This document shows positions 48,146 through 62,024 of a stretch of 64,000 bases of DNA, in pieces. Made by a program: the position numbers and the translations under genes. Within the stretch, counting starts at the first letter, position 1. The number at the start of each line of letters is the position of its first letter. The stretch covers positions 44,826,001 through 44,890,000 of the forward strand of contig OZ076411.1 in the NCBI GenBank assembly GCA_964187785.1. Reading direction: 5' to 3'. This stretch comes from Amphiscolops sp. MND2022. Lineage: Eukaryota. Under the pieces are notes generated by a model, which made no database searches, was not told the DNA's origin, and saw nothing but the letters and a program-made list of their open reading frames with translations.

Positions 48146-49763
48146 TGTTGTCGCAGGCTGCCACCTGCGACGGGACTATGATCACAACGACCGACTGCTG
48201 ACGGCCAGGGCATTGCCCAGGGGACGCTCCCTACCTTTTATTAATAAAACTATAGCACTATTTTTCAAAACTAGTAATTAATTTGCTTAGATATAGTTAA
48301 CGCATTTGATTTTATATTAGTCTGTTAACAATTGTTCAATGAACTGGTTTGATTTTGTAAAGTGATGCAAAAATGGATGCAATATGTAAGCGAGTTACTA
48401 TACGATGCAAAGGAAACGTGTTCAAGTGCTGTAACGTCCTTTCTCGGCGACGTAACTTGTTGGATTATAGCTGACTAATCACGATTAGCTGTCCGGTTAC
48501 GGCCAATTGACTCAATTAGTCTACTTTTAACGCGGACGCTAGTCAAATAGCCGGATTCGGCCTGTTTAACTTTCATTGATTTAACTGTTTGTTTAAAGAG
48601 TAGTACTGCCTGCTTTAACAAAAGGTGCTTAAAACCATCTTGGTATGTGAAATAATGTAATTGAAGCTGTTAAATCTTCTTGAAACACCAGTATTTAGAC
48701 CGATTAGGGCAAAACAAGGTCGTTTATCCCATGTATTTTGGCCTATTTAGACCTACATCACAATAACATGAAACCATGTAAATCAATGTATTTACCTGGA
48801 TGCTATTTTAGTCTCACCTGCAAACGCGCGTTGGAAATTGTTGCTACATTCTTCTAATGTTTAGATCATGAGCTAGCACTTTGATTATCATAAGTGTTTA
48901 CAAACGATGCATTAACTATTTCAAATATGTTCAAACTATATCGGGCCAAGTTCCTAAAAGGGTTGAAATAGTTACCCATGTGCAGTTTAAAATACCAACG
49001 CTGCTAGCCACCACACCTTTTATGGAGTTTTTGCCTAAGTCTCAGTATTATTTTGTTCAACGAAATACGGTTGGAATGTTGTTTACTCATACAATACCGA
49101 ACGGAATGTAATTGTCATGCCTCATGGGGGGGTATGTATACCTGTCCTTCTCATGAGACAGCACAATTGTGTAAAACCGTGTTAAGAATCAGACTTGTTC
49201 TAATCCCACAAAATACATATTTCCGATCTGAAGCAATTCAAAAATTTTTACTCGGATATTCTTCAATGCCTACTACAAAAACAAAACAGAAAAAGGCAAG
49301 GAAGTCAAGAGGACTAGAGTTATTCTCAGATATAGAGAATCTAGATATAAATCTAGGTGAAAGACATTCTGAGAGAGATGGAAGTGCGAATAGAAATTCA
49401 GCCAGAAGGCCAGAAAGTGTCACTAGCGACATGTTTGGAAATGGTGAAGAAAACCTATACTTAAGTCGAACAGAAATGAGGTCTGATAATAATGCCGACC
49501 CCGGACAAAATTCAGCAAGATCAATAGGTTGTCGAGTGAGCTCAACTCTAGGTTGTCTCGAGAGATGAAAGAGATGATGAGCACTGTCAATACTCAGATC
49601 CAAAGAGCAATTGATGATGCTATTAGCAATCAGATATTGCCTCAAATACAGCAAGCCCTAAGGGCCGGATCGGGACATATGACACAAAACAGATGGAACG
49701 TTCCGGCTGAGAGACTGGAAATTAATCCCGAAGACTACCGCAGTGAGAAAACTATAAGCAACT
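48146..49763 (+). repeat. About 1.6-kb direct repeat (partner 55922-57609), probably LTR plus gag start of a gypsy-like element
   Basis: Collinear homology from gcaggctgccacctg to gagaaaacta.aagcaact; includes MPTTKTKQKKARKSRGLELFSDIENLD. Confidence 0.8.
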
Positions 49764-52700
49764 AATTATAACGATGCACAAGATTCTCCAAAAAGCGGGG
49801 GTGATATTATCGTGCCGATATATCGCGAAGACTGAGTCCTAGAGGGGGGAAATATAACCTCAGGCCCAATCCTAATCCAAACTACTCAGAAGATTTCAGA
49901 TACTAGAAAAGTCCGAATTCTGCCCAAAAACGAGGTCTGGGTTTTCTTTTCTTTTATCTTTTCTTTTTCCTGTCCCTTGGGAGTATCTTTTGAATAAATA
50001 ATGGGAAATTCAAATAAGACCCCTTCTTGAGCAATAAATACAGGGGTTTGATATAAACTGACAAACAAATGATGCATAAACAAAAGGAGCAAGCTAACAG
50101 ACAAATACTAATGCAAGAAATCAACAAGGCCTACAGTCTAGAAAGTGTACATAAATACATTTGTACAAATTAATGCTTAGAAGATTGTCGAACAGAGCTG
50201 CCATCCACAGAAGTGGTTGCTACCGGAACGCTTCTTTTTCGTCTGTCTAGGAAAATCGAGGGACTTGTTCATAACACTTGACACCTTGGTTCCCTCCGTC
50301 CTCTTGACGCTGATTTGAGGTCCGGCACACGCAGTTTTGAGCGATGTCAGCAAGGACTTGTAGATCCGAGAACGTCCAAATGAATCGACAAAGGTCCACG
50401 GGTCGTAATCATCGGAAAAGGCAGTTCGAGCAAAGTCAACAGAGAGAAGAGAGAACTTAGACATGCTATCATCACTGCTGCAATAGGAGACCGAATCAGC
50501 CACCCCAGCCATATAACTCTGACTAGGCAAGGCGACATCAGTGAAACGTCCCTTGAAGTTCGTGGTATTGAAGTTCCAAATGGTGATGGCCGGGAATTGG
50601 GGGCTGGGGGTCGTGATACAAAGGCAACAAAGTTTAAATAAACACAAGAGACGAGCACGTCCAGGAGTTCCAAATACTCGTAGCGGTAAGAGGGCTCGTC
50701 AGCACTAGTCACCCATGCTCTCAGGAGGAAGGTAGTGTAAAGGGCTTCAAAGTGCCGTAAGGCAATATCAGTCCACACTGTCGTGGAAGTTCATCAAGGA
50801 GGTAACCAATGTAATGGAGTGCACTGGTGGTAAAGTCAAATTTTACCGATGTCTTCGGAATGGTCGAATGCTTATCCCTAGTTCCAGAATGAATCCCCTC
50901 CGCTTTTTGTTTACTGGCAGTTATTACTTTGCTTGTGAGCTTTTGGCGAATGAGGAACTCGTCCGCACCAGCATATTTTTCTTCTGAAGTATTGAACCCA
51001 AGAAGGTCAAACCATGCATTTTCTAGAGGGGTTGTATCAGGAGTGTAGCAACGGAAACACAACTTGTGAATGAAACGACAGATATCTCCACATGAGTCGA
51101 ATGAGGAATCACGCCGCTGGCTCAAACTGACTGAGAAGCTGGTCACATCTAAAAACACAGGAAGGTGTCCAAGAATGGACGTGTGTCATGACGAATATAC
51201 GACTCAAAGGGTACTAACAATCGTTGACGAGGAGGCAAAAGAACTCCGATTTCACCACGAAGAATTCGTCACAAATCAGTGACCACTCAAAACTCGGCAC
51301 CTGAAATAGGGTTGAGAACCTTTCAGAGCAAACCTCTAAGTCAAAGAGTGGAAAGACTATGAGAGCCGAAGGAAACCGGGAGATCTGAACACAAGACTTA
51401 TTCTTCTATGTACTCCTTGTCCCTCCTGTATGGGCGAGTATTTCGTCAGGAACTCTGTGACTGGCTTCCATTGGGTCGTCAGTTCACGACACAAATATGG
51501 TACTTTTTGCATGGTCAGCTTATTTGTCGTTACGGCCTAAAAGGGCCAGGTCCATTTTAGCTACAGAACCTTGAGGTTGCCAGTTTGCGATCCCTAACTA
51601 TTGTCCCCCGCCTATTAAGTACAAAATTAACTAACGCGGGTGAGATTGGGTGATTTCTGCATCCAAGCTTCTCCAAGCGAACTGCCCTAAGAAACCAGCA
51701 ACGATCGGAGAACAGAGAAGAAGTCAGCTCTCCCGAACACACTGTAGCTCTGCTTGTGCATCAAGGTAGGGAGGTCTAAGCTGTCGAACTTGAAGCACTG
51801 TTGGACACCTCGGGTGAAGTAGGGGGAATGATTGATGGCCTGGATCAAGCCTATTCGGCTCCCGGGGCAGGCAACGATGTCAACTTGGGTGAACGTAACT
51901 GACAGCAATCAGGTCAAGCACCCTAACTCCCCTGTCAGGTCAGTGGATGTTAGTGCACTTCGACAGAGGAAGACCCGGCACAACTCATTACCCTTTCAGA
52001 TCCGGACGGTCATGAGTCGGAAATTGCTTCGCTTCTCGAACTCAATGGAGAGGCACTGTTTTTTGGTGACCTGCTCAGCAATGTCTTCCATGGCCCGACA
52101 GAAGATATGTTGGAAGATAGCTTAAACAAGGAATGATATATTTGTAGTACCAACCTAAGGAGGCCTACTAAAACCTAGTGTGTTATACTTACAGAACGTT
52201 GCTCTTCCCCTAGTCAAAATCGCACAATGTGGCTTGGTATTTTGTACAAGAGCTGACACGAGCCCACGAATTGCGAAACAACGAGAGGTTGCCTTGGTAC
52301 TTGATGAAGTCTGCCACTATGCAGACTTGGGTTTTGGCCCTGGGCTCAGGCGTGACGAGTGCAGTGTTGTGGCCCTGCAGGAACTCGTCGTAAAAGGGGA
52401 ATCTCTCCCCGATGTCCACGAATTCCGCATGGATAAATTTAGGTAATTCTTTAGCGAGCTGCAATTTATTCAGGAGTTTGCCGTCTCGTCCTCGTACTTG
52501 GTGTTGAATGTTTCCTGTGATGGAATCAACCGATTTGAGGTGCTCCTAGCGCCATCTCTGGTCACGTCGCAGATGCTTATCAGTCGGATGATGACGCAGT
52601 ATCTCAAGTACCCCCTTGATCCTGATAGAAAAGATGCGCTTGCAGATATGACTCCAGACTGTGAGAGGGTAATGGACTGGGTCAGCAGGTCCCGAAAAAA

Positions 52701-55700
52701 AAGACCTTGTTCAGTCGATGTTCCGGAAAGATTCTTCTGGCATTAGTACTGCTCTATGTGGCATTCTCTTGATCTTTTTCACCTTCTTGCTAGGGGGTTC
52801 CGTCTGCGTCTTTTCAACTTTGGTCTGCTCCCGTATCTCGGACAAGGTAACGTCGTGGCTGGTGAATCCCGAAGATTCAAATTCATCGGCGGATGTTGCT
52901 GTTGGTAAGGTCCTACTTGCTGAAACCGGGGGTTGACTTATTGGTGACTTATTGGAAGAAGCTGTTATGAGGGCCATCTCAGTAGCCCCATCACTCTCCT
53001 CACAGCTGGCAACACTTTCATGTCCTAACTCAGCACCCACTTGTCCTAGAAAATCTGAACCTGACGCAGACTCAAAACTGGACCCACTGCTTCCTTCTGG
53101 CCGGGGTGTTTGGGCTCTGCCTCTGACTCTGAAGTGGTCTGTGCGGGATTGTTTGGTTGTGGGCTTCCCTATTAAAGCTTCAAGAATCATCTTTTCCATA
53201 GTGGAATATGCTAGACTCATGGTCTCATTGGTGAGAATTTTCAAAAGATGAAATAATTGGGTCTCAGTGAAAGCCACTGCTGGATGTCCTATATGCAGCG
53301 GTAACGAGTCACTTGGCTTAAAATACTCCTTCCGCAGTGCTCAACTTTGCCCAGACAACTCGTGGAGTTTGGTCCTAGGGGCCTGGCTTGTTGAAGTACT
53401 TGGACCAACTTGGTCTGTTTGGTGGGGAACCACCCGGACGCGTCTCCTCCTTCAGTACCCGAGTCTGTTATCTGGGGAATTCCCGCATATAAGGGCTGGA
53501 TGTCTTGAGAGTCTCCATCGGCTTCAGTCAACTCTTCTTCACTTGGATCGGTCAAGAACCTTACTTCACTGGTTCCTTCAGACATTGAGGCGGCATCGTA
53601 CAAGGAAGACGTTGTCACATCCCGATGTTGTTGGTTTGTGCTCTCTGACTCCACGGCATCAGGGGTGTGGACAGGAAGTAATTCTGTCAGGGGCGTTTTA
53701 GACGTGGTGGCAACCTGGAGATTAGCTTCCAAGGAAACCAGGCTCTCATCCCTATCACTGGCTTCGACTTCGGGTACAGGAGTACTAGGAGTACTAATTG
53801 TTGGGCGGTCTTCCCACTGAGAAGAACTGCATGCTGGATTTAGCCCTTCCGGCTGCTTGCCACCGACTAGGTCCTCTCGGGTTGACTCCTCTTGCGTAGC
53901 GGCCTGCGCTATTTCCATAATATTCACCATGGCATCAGCGAAGGCATTGACGTCAGTGTCACTCTCAACACTGGTTGGTGATCAGGCTGGCATCTCAGTC
54001 GAACGTGCTGAGGATTCTGGTTTTGACATTTCAGTAGTAGCAAACTTAAGTGGTGGAAAAGGAGGTGGAGAGTAAACCTTGGAAAGATCAAGTGATATTC
54101 TGCCTGGACTAAGATCTGGTGTTCGTGAGTTTTCTGAACTTTGTTTATCTGAACAGCTAAACTTGGCGGTGTGCTTCCTTAAAAAAACCATTTAACGCAC
54201 TAGAAATCTTCCGGAAGTAATTCTCAAACTTGAAACAACGTGTTATCACGCTTTCAACGATGGAAAAAGGAAGCGTCTTGTGAACATAATTTAGCCCTGA
54301 TCAAATTAAATTAGTTCAAGATTTTAAATCCAGACCAACCTGAGTTTGATGACATTTCGCTACAAGTGGAGATGATTGCAAGGAAACAGTCCTTGGATGG
54401 CTGATGGAAATTGGGAAGATGGCCAGGTCCGGTAGTAAAGGAAAGATACTCCGGGATACTTCAAGGGAGAAGTCAGCGACAAAGTTGGAGACGGATGTGG
54501 ACAGATGTAGTAAACAACAATACAAATGTAAAGAATTCGAATGGTAATGGAATTGGAAAATGATTAAAAATAAAAAGTTTTAGTTCGTGGCTGACGAAAA
54601 TTATCGGACTAATATCTTGTGGTTATATACCTTTTTAAAATTGTACATTGAGTCTGCCAGCGAAATTCACAGAAGTCCATTCATTATTTACAACTTAGTT
54701 AGTTAGACGGCGAATATGGCCCTTTACCTTGTTTCGTTTTGCCGTTCCGTTCCATTATCATTGTTGTTTTAAGTTAGAATTTTCGCCATGTTTGGGTTTT
54801 TAGAATTTTTATTTTACGCCATTTTGACAATCATTTTCCAACTTTATCGAAGGTTAATCCTGATTGGCTGAAGTAATCTTGGAAGAAATTGTTCGACGCG
54901 TGCCGTTAATTACACTCGAGCTCACTGTTAATTACCCACTTGTATTGAGTTATTTGTTGATGAAAACTTAGAGACTCTGAACACCTCTACTGATGATGGT
55001 AGCGAGAGGGGGCAAACACCGTGAATTCAAAGGGTGCCGATTCTCAGAAAAATTCCATTCAGAAAAGTTTACGACGGATCAGGAGGATTAACCGAAGGTT
55101 CTACCGCCAAATTGAAACTCCGGGGAAATCCTAACTCGGCCTGAAACAGAATTCTAGTAAATATATTCTGATTTGAATCTCGCTAATAATAAGTCGCCTC
55201 TCCAGCTTCAAAATCGCTAAAAACTGATAACGCAAAGATTTAACTTTGCTAGAAAACTCTTCGACATCGATGGAGCAGACTCTGAAGACTCAGATAAATC
55301 GGTCATCTACGTCTCGAGTGACGAGGGCGATTCATCGAACGGATGGGAATCCGACTACTCGACAGATACATAGCAACTAGTAGCCCGCATCGAAAAAGAG
55401 GTCATCGCCAGCACAATTTTGATCGTTGGGCGAATAATGACTGTGGAAGACGAGCAAGAGGAGATGGTTCCTGGCCCCAGTTCGAGCGGACAACTACACG
55501 TGGTTACCCCTAAACTGGACCACAAATACTTCAATCGGGAAATGTGTTATCCCCCACCTAAAGCAATTGGGAAATCAAGAATTGAGCTATGCAAAACTCT
55601 ATTGCCTGTTCTGTGATCACCAATGTCTCCACCAGAACACGAGAGAGGCCCTTCCTTGGATACCCCGCTAGTGCAGCCAGCAGTGTCAAGTTTTCACGCG

Positions 55701-55921
55701 TCCTATCATGTGCAAAATACAAGCCCTTACCAAAACGTCAACGAGGTGCGTTACTCTGGCTGTTCACGGCCGTTCGGTGGACGCAATCAAAAGGGAGAAG
55801 ACAGACTGGTTTATGAGACGGTCTACCCCACGAGATGAACCAGAACAGATAACGAGGCTCAGAAAGGAGGCAGTCGAAAACGGGCTCAATACTGGCTGTT
55901 TTCGCTTCATACCACCCGCAT

Positions 55922-57609
55922 TGTTGCAGGCTGCCACCTGTGACGGGATTATGATCACAACAACAGCTGACGGCCAGGGCATTGCCCAGGGGACGCTCCA
56001 TACCTTTTAATATTAAAACTAAAACTATTTTTTGAAATTAGAAGTTAATTTGTTTAGATATTGTTAACGAATTTGATTTTGTATTAGTCTGTTACCAATT
56101 GTTCCTTGAACTGGGTTGATTTTGTAAAGTGATGCAAAATTGGAATGCAATATGTAAGCGAGTTACTATACGATGCAAAGGAAACGTGTTCAATTGCTGT
56201 AACGTCCTTTCTCGGCGACGTAACTTGTTGGATTATAGCTGTCCAATCACGATGCAGTACTAGTAATATTACTTCTGAGCAGTATATCATTTGGCAGGTT
56301 ACGGCCAATTGACTCAATTAGTCTATTTTTAATGCGGACGCTAGTCAAATAGCCGGATTCGGCCTGTTTAACTTTCATCGATTTAACTGCTCTGTTTAAC
56401 TAATAGTACTACGTGCTTTAACAAAAGTTGCTTAAAACCATCTTGGTATGTCAAATATTGTAATTGAAGCTGCTAAATCTTGATCTATTGACTGTTTTAA
56501 CCAGTGTTGCTAATATTGAAAGACCGACCAGCTTTTGGACCGACTAGGGCAAAATGTATCCTATGTATTTTGGCCTATTTAGACTTGCATCACAATTACA
56601 TGAAACCATATAAATCAATGTTTTTACCCGAATGCTATTTTAGTCTCACCTGCAAACGCGCGTTGAAATTGTTGCTACATTCTTCTAATGTTTAGACCAT
56701 GAGCTAGCACTTTGATGTTCATAAGTGTTTACAATGGATGCATCAACTATTTCAAATCTGTTCAAACTATATCGGGTCAAGTTCCTAAAAGAGTTGAAAT
56801 AGTTACCCATGTGCAGTTTAAAATACCAACGCTGCAAGCCACCACCCCTTTTATGGAGTTTCTGGCTAAGTCTCAGTTTTATTTTGTTCAACAAAACACG
56901 GTTGGAATGTTGTTTACTCATACAATAACGAAAGGAATGTAATTGTCATGCCTCATGGGGTATGTATACCTGTCCTTCTCATGAGACAGACACAATTTTG
57001 TAAGACCGTGCTAAGAATCAGACTTGTTCTAAACCCACAAAAAACAAATTTCCTATCTGAAGCAATTCAAATTTTTTTACTCGGATATTCTTCAATGCCT
57101 ACTACAAAAAAAAACAGAAAAAGGCAAGGAAATCAAGAGGACTAGAGTTATTCTCAGATATAGAGAATCTAGATATAATGTTAGGTGGAAGACATTCTGA
57201 GAGAGATGGGAGTGCGAATAGTAATTCGCCCAGAAGGCCAGAAAGTGTCACTAGCGACATGTTCGGAAATGGTGAAGAAAACCTAGAATTAAATCGGACA
57301 GAAATGAGGTCTGGTAATAATGCCGACCCCGGACAAAATTCAGCGAGTGCTAACTCAAATGCTGAGATCAATAGGTTGTCGAGTGAGCTCAACTCTAGGT
57401 TGTCTCGAGAGGTGGACGAGATGATGAGCATTGTTATTACTCAGATCCAAACAGCAATTAGTCATGCTATTAGCAATCAGATATTGCCCCAAATACAGAA
57501 TGCCCTAAGGGCAGGATCGGGTCAAATGACCCAAAACAGATGGAACGTTCCGGCTGAGAGACCGGAAATAATCCCGAAGAATACCGCAGTGAGAAAACTA
57601 AAAGCAACT
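55922..57609 (+). repeat. Second copy of the 1.6-kb direct repeat
   Basis: See 48146-49763; diverged by substitutions and indels. Confidence 0.8.
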
Positions 57610-59249
57610 TTAGAAGTGAGCCTACACGTGATTGTTTCCTTGACAATCATCAGGAACAAGCTTACGACAAATATAAACGATTTTAATAGGATCCGATAAA
57701 TGGATTTCATATAAACTTATAACCATTATAGGAATTCATATTTATAGAAACGTATATAATTTTGTTCATAAGGCATAATTTACTGGTGAACACTGCCTTA
57801 TGTAACGAAGACATCTTTAGGTGAACTTTTTTTACATTTTACGGAATCATCTCTGCAAAAAACTAATATTTTAGCCCCAAGATTCCCCTACGAAGTCGCT
57901 ACAAATGTTTGAAAAAAAACAAAAGTTATTTCAGTCTGTCAAAAAATTTCAAATCAACCCTGTAGTTTTGCTGTCTATTTCATCAAGAAAGGTATTAAAT
58001 TTGACATGTTTTTCACGTATAAATTGAATTACAAGTTTTTTTTTAATGTTGCAGATTGAATGCGAATAATCAATCTAATTATAATCCTAATCGTTTGTTC
58101 GATAGGTCAGGTTGAAATGATTTTGAAAAGCACCTTGACTGAAACAGGACATTTTCATACTGCCATTTTCATACCTTTGTTCACTACCACGTCTGACTCT
58201 ATTTGGTTTCACGTCAGGTTAAACGCTGAACAATAAGATATCACAAAACTATTAGATATCACAAAAAGATTTTGATTCACAAAACATATCACAAAAAATT
58301 AGAACTCAACGGTATGTTTAGCTTGTACTTTCACTTTTCTGATGCTTCGTTTTCAACCTTGATGGCCTCATATACCTGTCTTCACTGACATGCCGTGATA
58401 GTCGGGTGAGGTTCTATTCTGCCTTGATATTGCTTCGTCCTTCACTCCTACAGTTCCTCCGACAGTGTCATCACTTTTCTCTCTTGAGCTTGCACTTGGT
58501 TGGTGAGGATCTTTTTTCATTTCACTTTTTCTTCATTATTTGTTTCCACTTGCTCAAAACCAAAGTTTCAGAGTTTTCTAAGTTCTGCCTGTCGGCTTTC
58601 AGGCTTGTTTTTGACACTGTATATATAATTTTTAAAGAGTGCTGGCATAATCATATATCCTAATCAAAATCATTAACGTACACACTTTGCCAAAGTGAAT
58701 TCCAGTCAAAATGTGTACAAGGTTAGAAAGAAGATGATGAATGCTTCAGAGTGGAAAACAGTCAAAGTAATCACTAGCTTACACACTTTGATTGTTTTTC
58801 ACTTTGAAAGTGAATTCCAGTCAAAGTGTGTACCAGGTTAAAGTGTAAAACAATCAATTTCCGTCTTCGTGTGTGAAGTGGAAACCAGTCAAAGTACGTA
58901 ATTGTAGAGAGTGTAAAGTAGTCATTTGCTGTAGTTTGATCATTACGCGTAACGCCAAATCACACAGCGTAACGAGCAAAACGCGTAACGCGTATTTAAA
59001 ATAATAACGCGTTTTCATTGGCTGTAAATCGAACTAGCAAGATCTTGCTAGTTCGTTGCGGCATATGTATCGTAATGCAGTTCGGACGTTGTCTTCTATT
59101 CGGGCTTTTTTATTTGTTATTTTCCGCCCTCAAAAATTCATTGTATGTAGTGGGAGTAAAAACACCATACTGTATTGCGTTCTTTTTTCAAGTTCGGCTA
59201 AATCTCCACTTCATTACTCCATTTAGTATGTAAATATTTTAGTCACCGT

Positions 59250-59335
59250 GGCCCGGCAGACCACCTGCGACCGCCTGGCGTGCGTCCGCCTGGCAGGCAG
59301 AAGGTAGTGAATTCGAACCCGGGATGGACCCTGAA
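59250..59335 (-). other. GC-rich patch with a Pol III B box, possible SINE remnant
   Basis: Minus strand GGGTTCGAATTC; no convincing A box. Confidence 0.3.
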
Positions 59336-59807
59336 TTTTTTATAATGGAAAGGAAATTATCCCGTGCTTAGCGGGCGTCTTGTTGTTTACTTCTCAGCTT
59401 TTCGCCGCTAGTTGACAGTCCTCCTTGCTTTAATAGCTCCTTTTTGATAGCAACTGTTCTTTTCTATGTCCTTCTTACATCAAGTCGTTGTTATTCTTGT
59501 TTCTTTTCGAAGTGTTTTGCTCATTTTTGTAGGCCATTTGACTCTGTACTCCGTTCCAGTTTTCGCAAGAAAGTTTCCAGAGATTGGGTTTTTCAGAAGC
59601 TCGCATAGTTCGAGTTCGAAGCTTGGGTTGTTCTCGCAACTTTAGCTTCTGTGGTAAAGAGAAATTTCAAAGGAGTGAGTATTCTTCCTATATGTAGTTG
59701 TCCACGTGAAGGTTTTGTGGATCTTTCGATTCGATCTATTTTTTGCTTTTCCTGACATTTTCAGTCACCGTTCGTTTATTAGATCATTATATAGTTCAGT
59801 ATTATGA

Positions 59808-61280
59808 TTATTGGGGCACGAGCGGAGCGAACGTCATATGGTGACGTTTTTTTTTTTCGCAGATTTCGTGACATGTGCCAATTTTTCAAACTTGTGAGGC
59901 AAATTTCTTAAAACCCATAACAGATACGGACACCATGTTTCCGCTAAAAGTTGCGCAGGTTCCTGGGCTACATTTTCGCCGAAAAAAATTTTCGAAAAAA
60001 AATCGGCTTCATGGTTTTTTTTAAAAAGAAGTTTTGAAAAAACGCTATTTTTGACTGTTTTTTATGTTTGATCCCCCATTTCTCAGAACCAGGACCAAAT
60101 ACAGGGTCCATGGTTCCGTGTTATTTACAAGCGTTTCATAGGCTGCATTTTCGCTCAAAAATGGCGTCAAAATTTTTTTCACACTTGGTTTTTTGGGCAA
60201 AAAAAGGGATGAAAAAAAATGTCGAAAAATTTTTTCTCATTTGTAGCTCATATTTCTCCAAACTGACGAAAGATACAGAAACCATTCCCCCTCAAGACAA
60301 ACAGCAAGGATGTAAGCTAGTTGTTGTACTAACAAAAATTCCGTCATCACGTATGACGCGTTCGTTTTTCTGCTAAAAATACTTATTTTTTTTTTGAAAA
60401 ATTTTCCTAATTATTTTATACTTGAGCCCCTATATCTCAAGACCGAGAACAAATACGCAGTCCATGGTTTCATAATTTGTTCTAGGGCTCAGTAGTCTGC
60501 GTTTAAAGCAGTGAATGACGTCGAATTTTTTTCGCTCTGGTTTTTCTGGGCAAATAAAGGGATGAAGAAGAAATTTCAAAAATTTCCCATTTTTTCATAA
60601 TTTGTAACTGATTTTTCTCAGAACTGAAAAGAGATACGAAAAACCTTTATCCTAGCTAAAAGTTGCGCAGGATCCTCGGCTACAATTGCGTCAAAACAAT
60701 TTGCAAGAAAAATTCGGCTTTATGGTTTTTTTTGAAAAGAAATTTTGAAAAAAACGCTATTTTTGACTGTTTTTCATCTTCCATCCCCTATTTCTCAGAA
60801 CCGAGACCAGATACAGGGTTCATGGTTTCGTATAAAATACAAACGTTTCATAGATTACATTTTCACCTAAAAATGGCGTCAAAAAATTTTTTTCGACTTC
60901 GCTTTTTGGGCAGAAAAAGGGATTTAAAAAAAATTTCGAAATTTTTTTTTCATTTGTAGCTCATATTTCTCAAAACTGACGAAAGATACAGAAGCCATTC
61001 TTCCTCAAGACAAACAGCAAGGATATATGTTTTTTTGTACCACCCAAGTATTCGTCATCAAGTATGACGCTTTCGGGTTTCTGCCAAAAATACATTTTTT
61101 CATTTCTCTTTTTAAAAAAATTTCCTTCATCTTTTTAGCTTTCATCAAAGTATCCTCATCTGAGATTGGATAAGTTCACAAGGTTGTGAGCCCTGGAACA
61201 CAAAGAATTTGTAACATCTTCTGCAGACCATTTAACGTTTCTGCTCGTGCCCAAGCGCGACATGCCGTCGCGCCTATGTT
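59808..61280 (+). mobile_element. Non-autonomous Helentron-type element (HINE/DINE-1-like)
   Basis: Subterminal inverted repeat GGGCACGAGC (59814-59823) / GCTCGTGCCC (61243-61252), 3' stem-loop GCGCGAC-atgcc-GTCGCGC (61255-61273), T-rich flanks, internal duplicated blocks (about 59900-60400 and 60620-61100). Confidence 0.7.
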
Positions 61281-61978
61281 TTTTGATTGGTCTGCAATTT
61301 CTCTATAATCTTTAAAAAAGCAAGTGAAAAGTTTCATTACGATTCAGATATCGAATACTATATTTCGAAAAATTTTATCAACTTTTTGCTGTTTGATTTT
61401 TTTGAAGACATAGTGTCTGGCCAATGTAACGTAAAGCTAGAGGCGTACATACAAGAGCTGGAATACTTCTTATGTTGCCTTGACAGGAGACCATAGTCTT
61501 GCTACAACTATAGACATCAGTTGGTGTCCCAGGAGTGGTCTCCTAGGGCTTTCCTAACGTTGAGGATACTTCTGTATTAGAACTCCGAGGCAACGTGCTG
61601 GTACACTCAAAGTCCGGATACATCCTATGAGCAAGTAAAATCGAATCATAAGGTTCTTGCGACTTCCTACATACTCCCAAGGTCGAAAAAAGCAATTATC
61701 TGAAAAACATTATATTGAGCTTCATGGGTGATAAATATAGGGGATCTAGCAGATCACACATCACCAAATACCTGTAAACTACAATAAAACGGCAATAACA
61801 ATTCGAGATAGAATCAGGTAAAATCTCAACGAGTTTTGAATCTCCGGTGCAGTTTGTCTTCCGGAAATATCGTCATCATCTGCTGAGTTCAACATGGTAC
61901 ACACAGTGTCGTATCTCGCTTTCAGAGAAGATAAGTAGCTTTTTTCGTTTTTTTTTCACTCGTTTTCTGCGTTTAGTG

Positions 61979-61982
<4 letters not shown>

Positions 61983-62020
<38 letters not shown>
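61983..62020. repeat. (TC)19 microsatellite
   Basis: Directly visible. Confidence 0.98.

Positions 62021-62024
<4 letters not shown>

Larger units (their letters stand above)
48146..57609 (+). mobile_element. Internally deleted gypsy-like derivative: gag start joined to a pol-type C-terminal tail, then about 4 kb of antisense ORFs
   Basis: Tail RGGKYNLRPNPNPNYSEDFRY* at about 49841-49906; no RT/RH/INT motifs seen; long minus-strand ORFs 50177-54191; bounded by the 1.6-kb repeats. Confidence 0.55.

Noticed and set aside
58330-58660. Possible minus-strand host exon ending in CAG|GTATAT
   Set aside because: Low-complexity peptide, no clear acceptor, no homology I can recognise.
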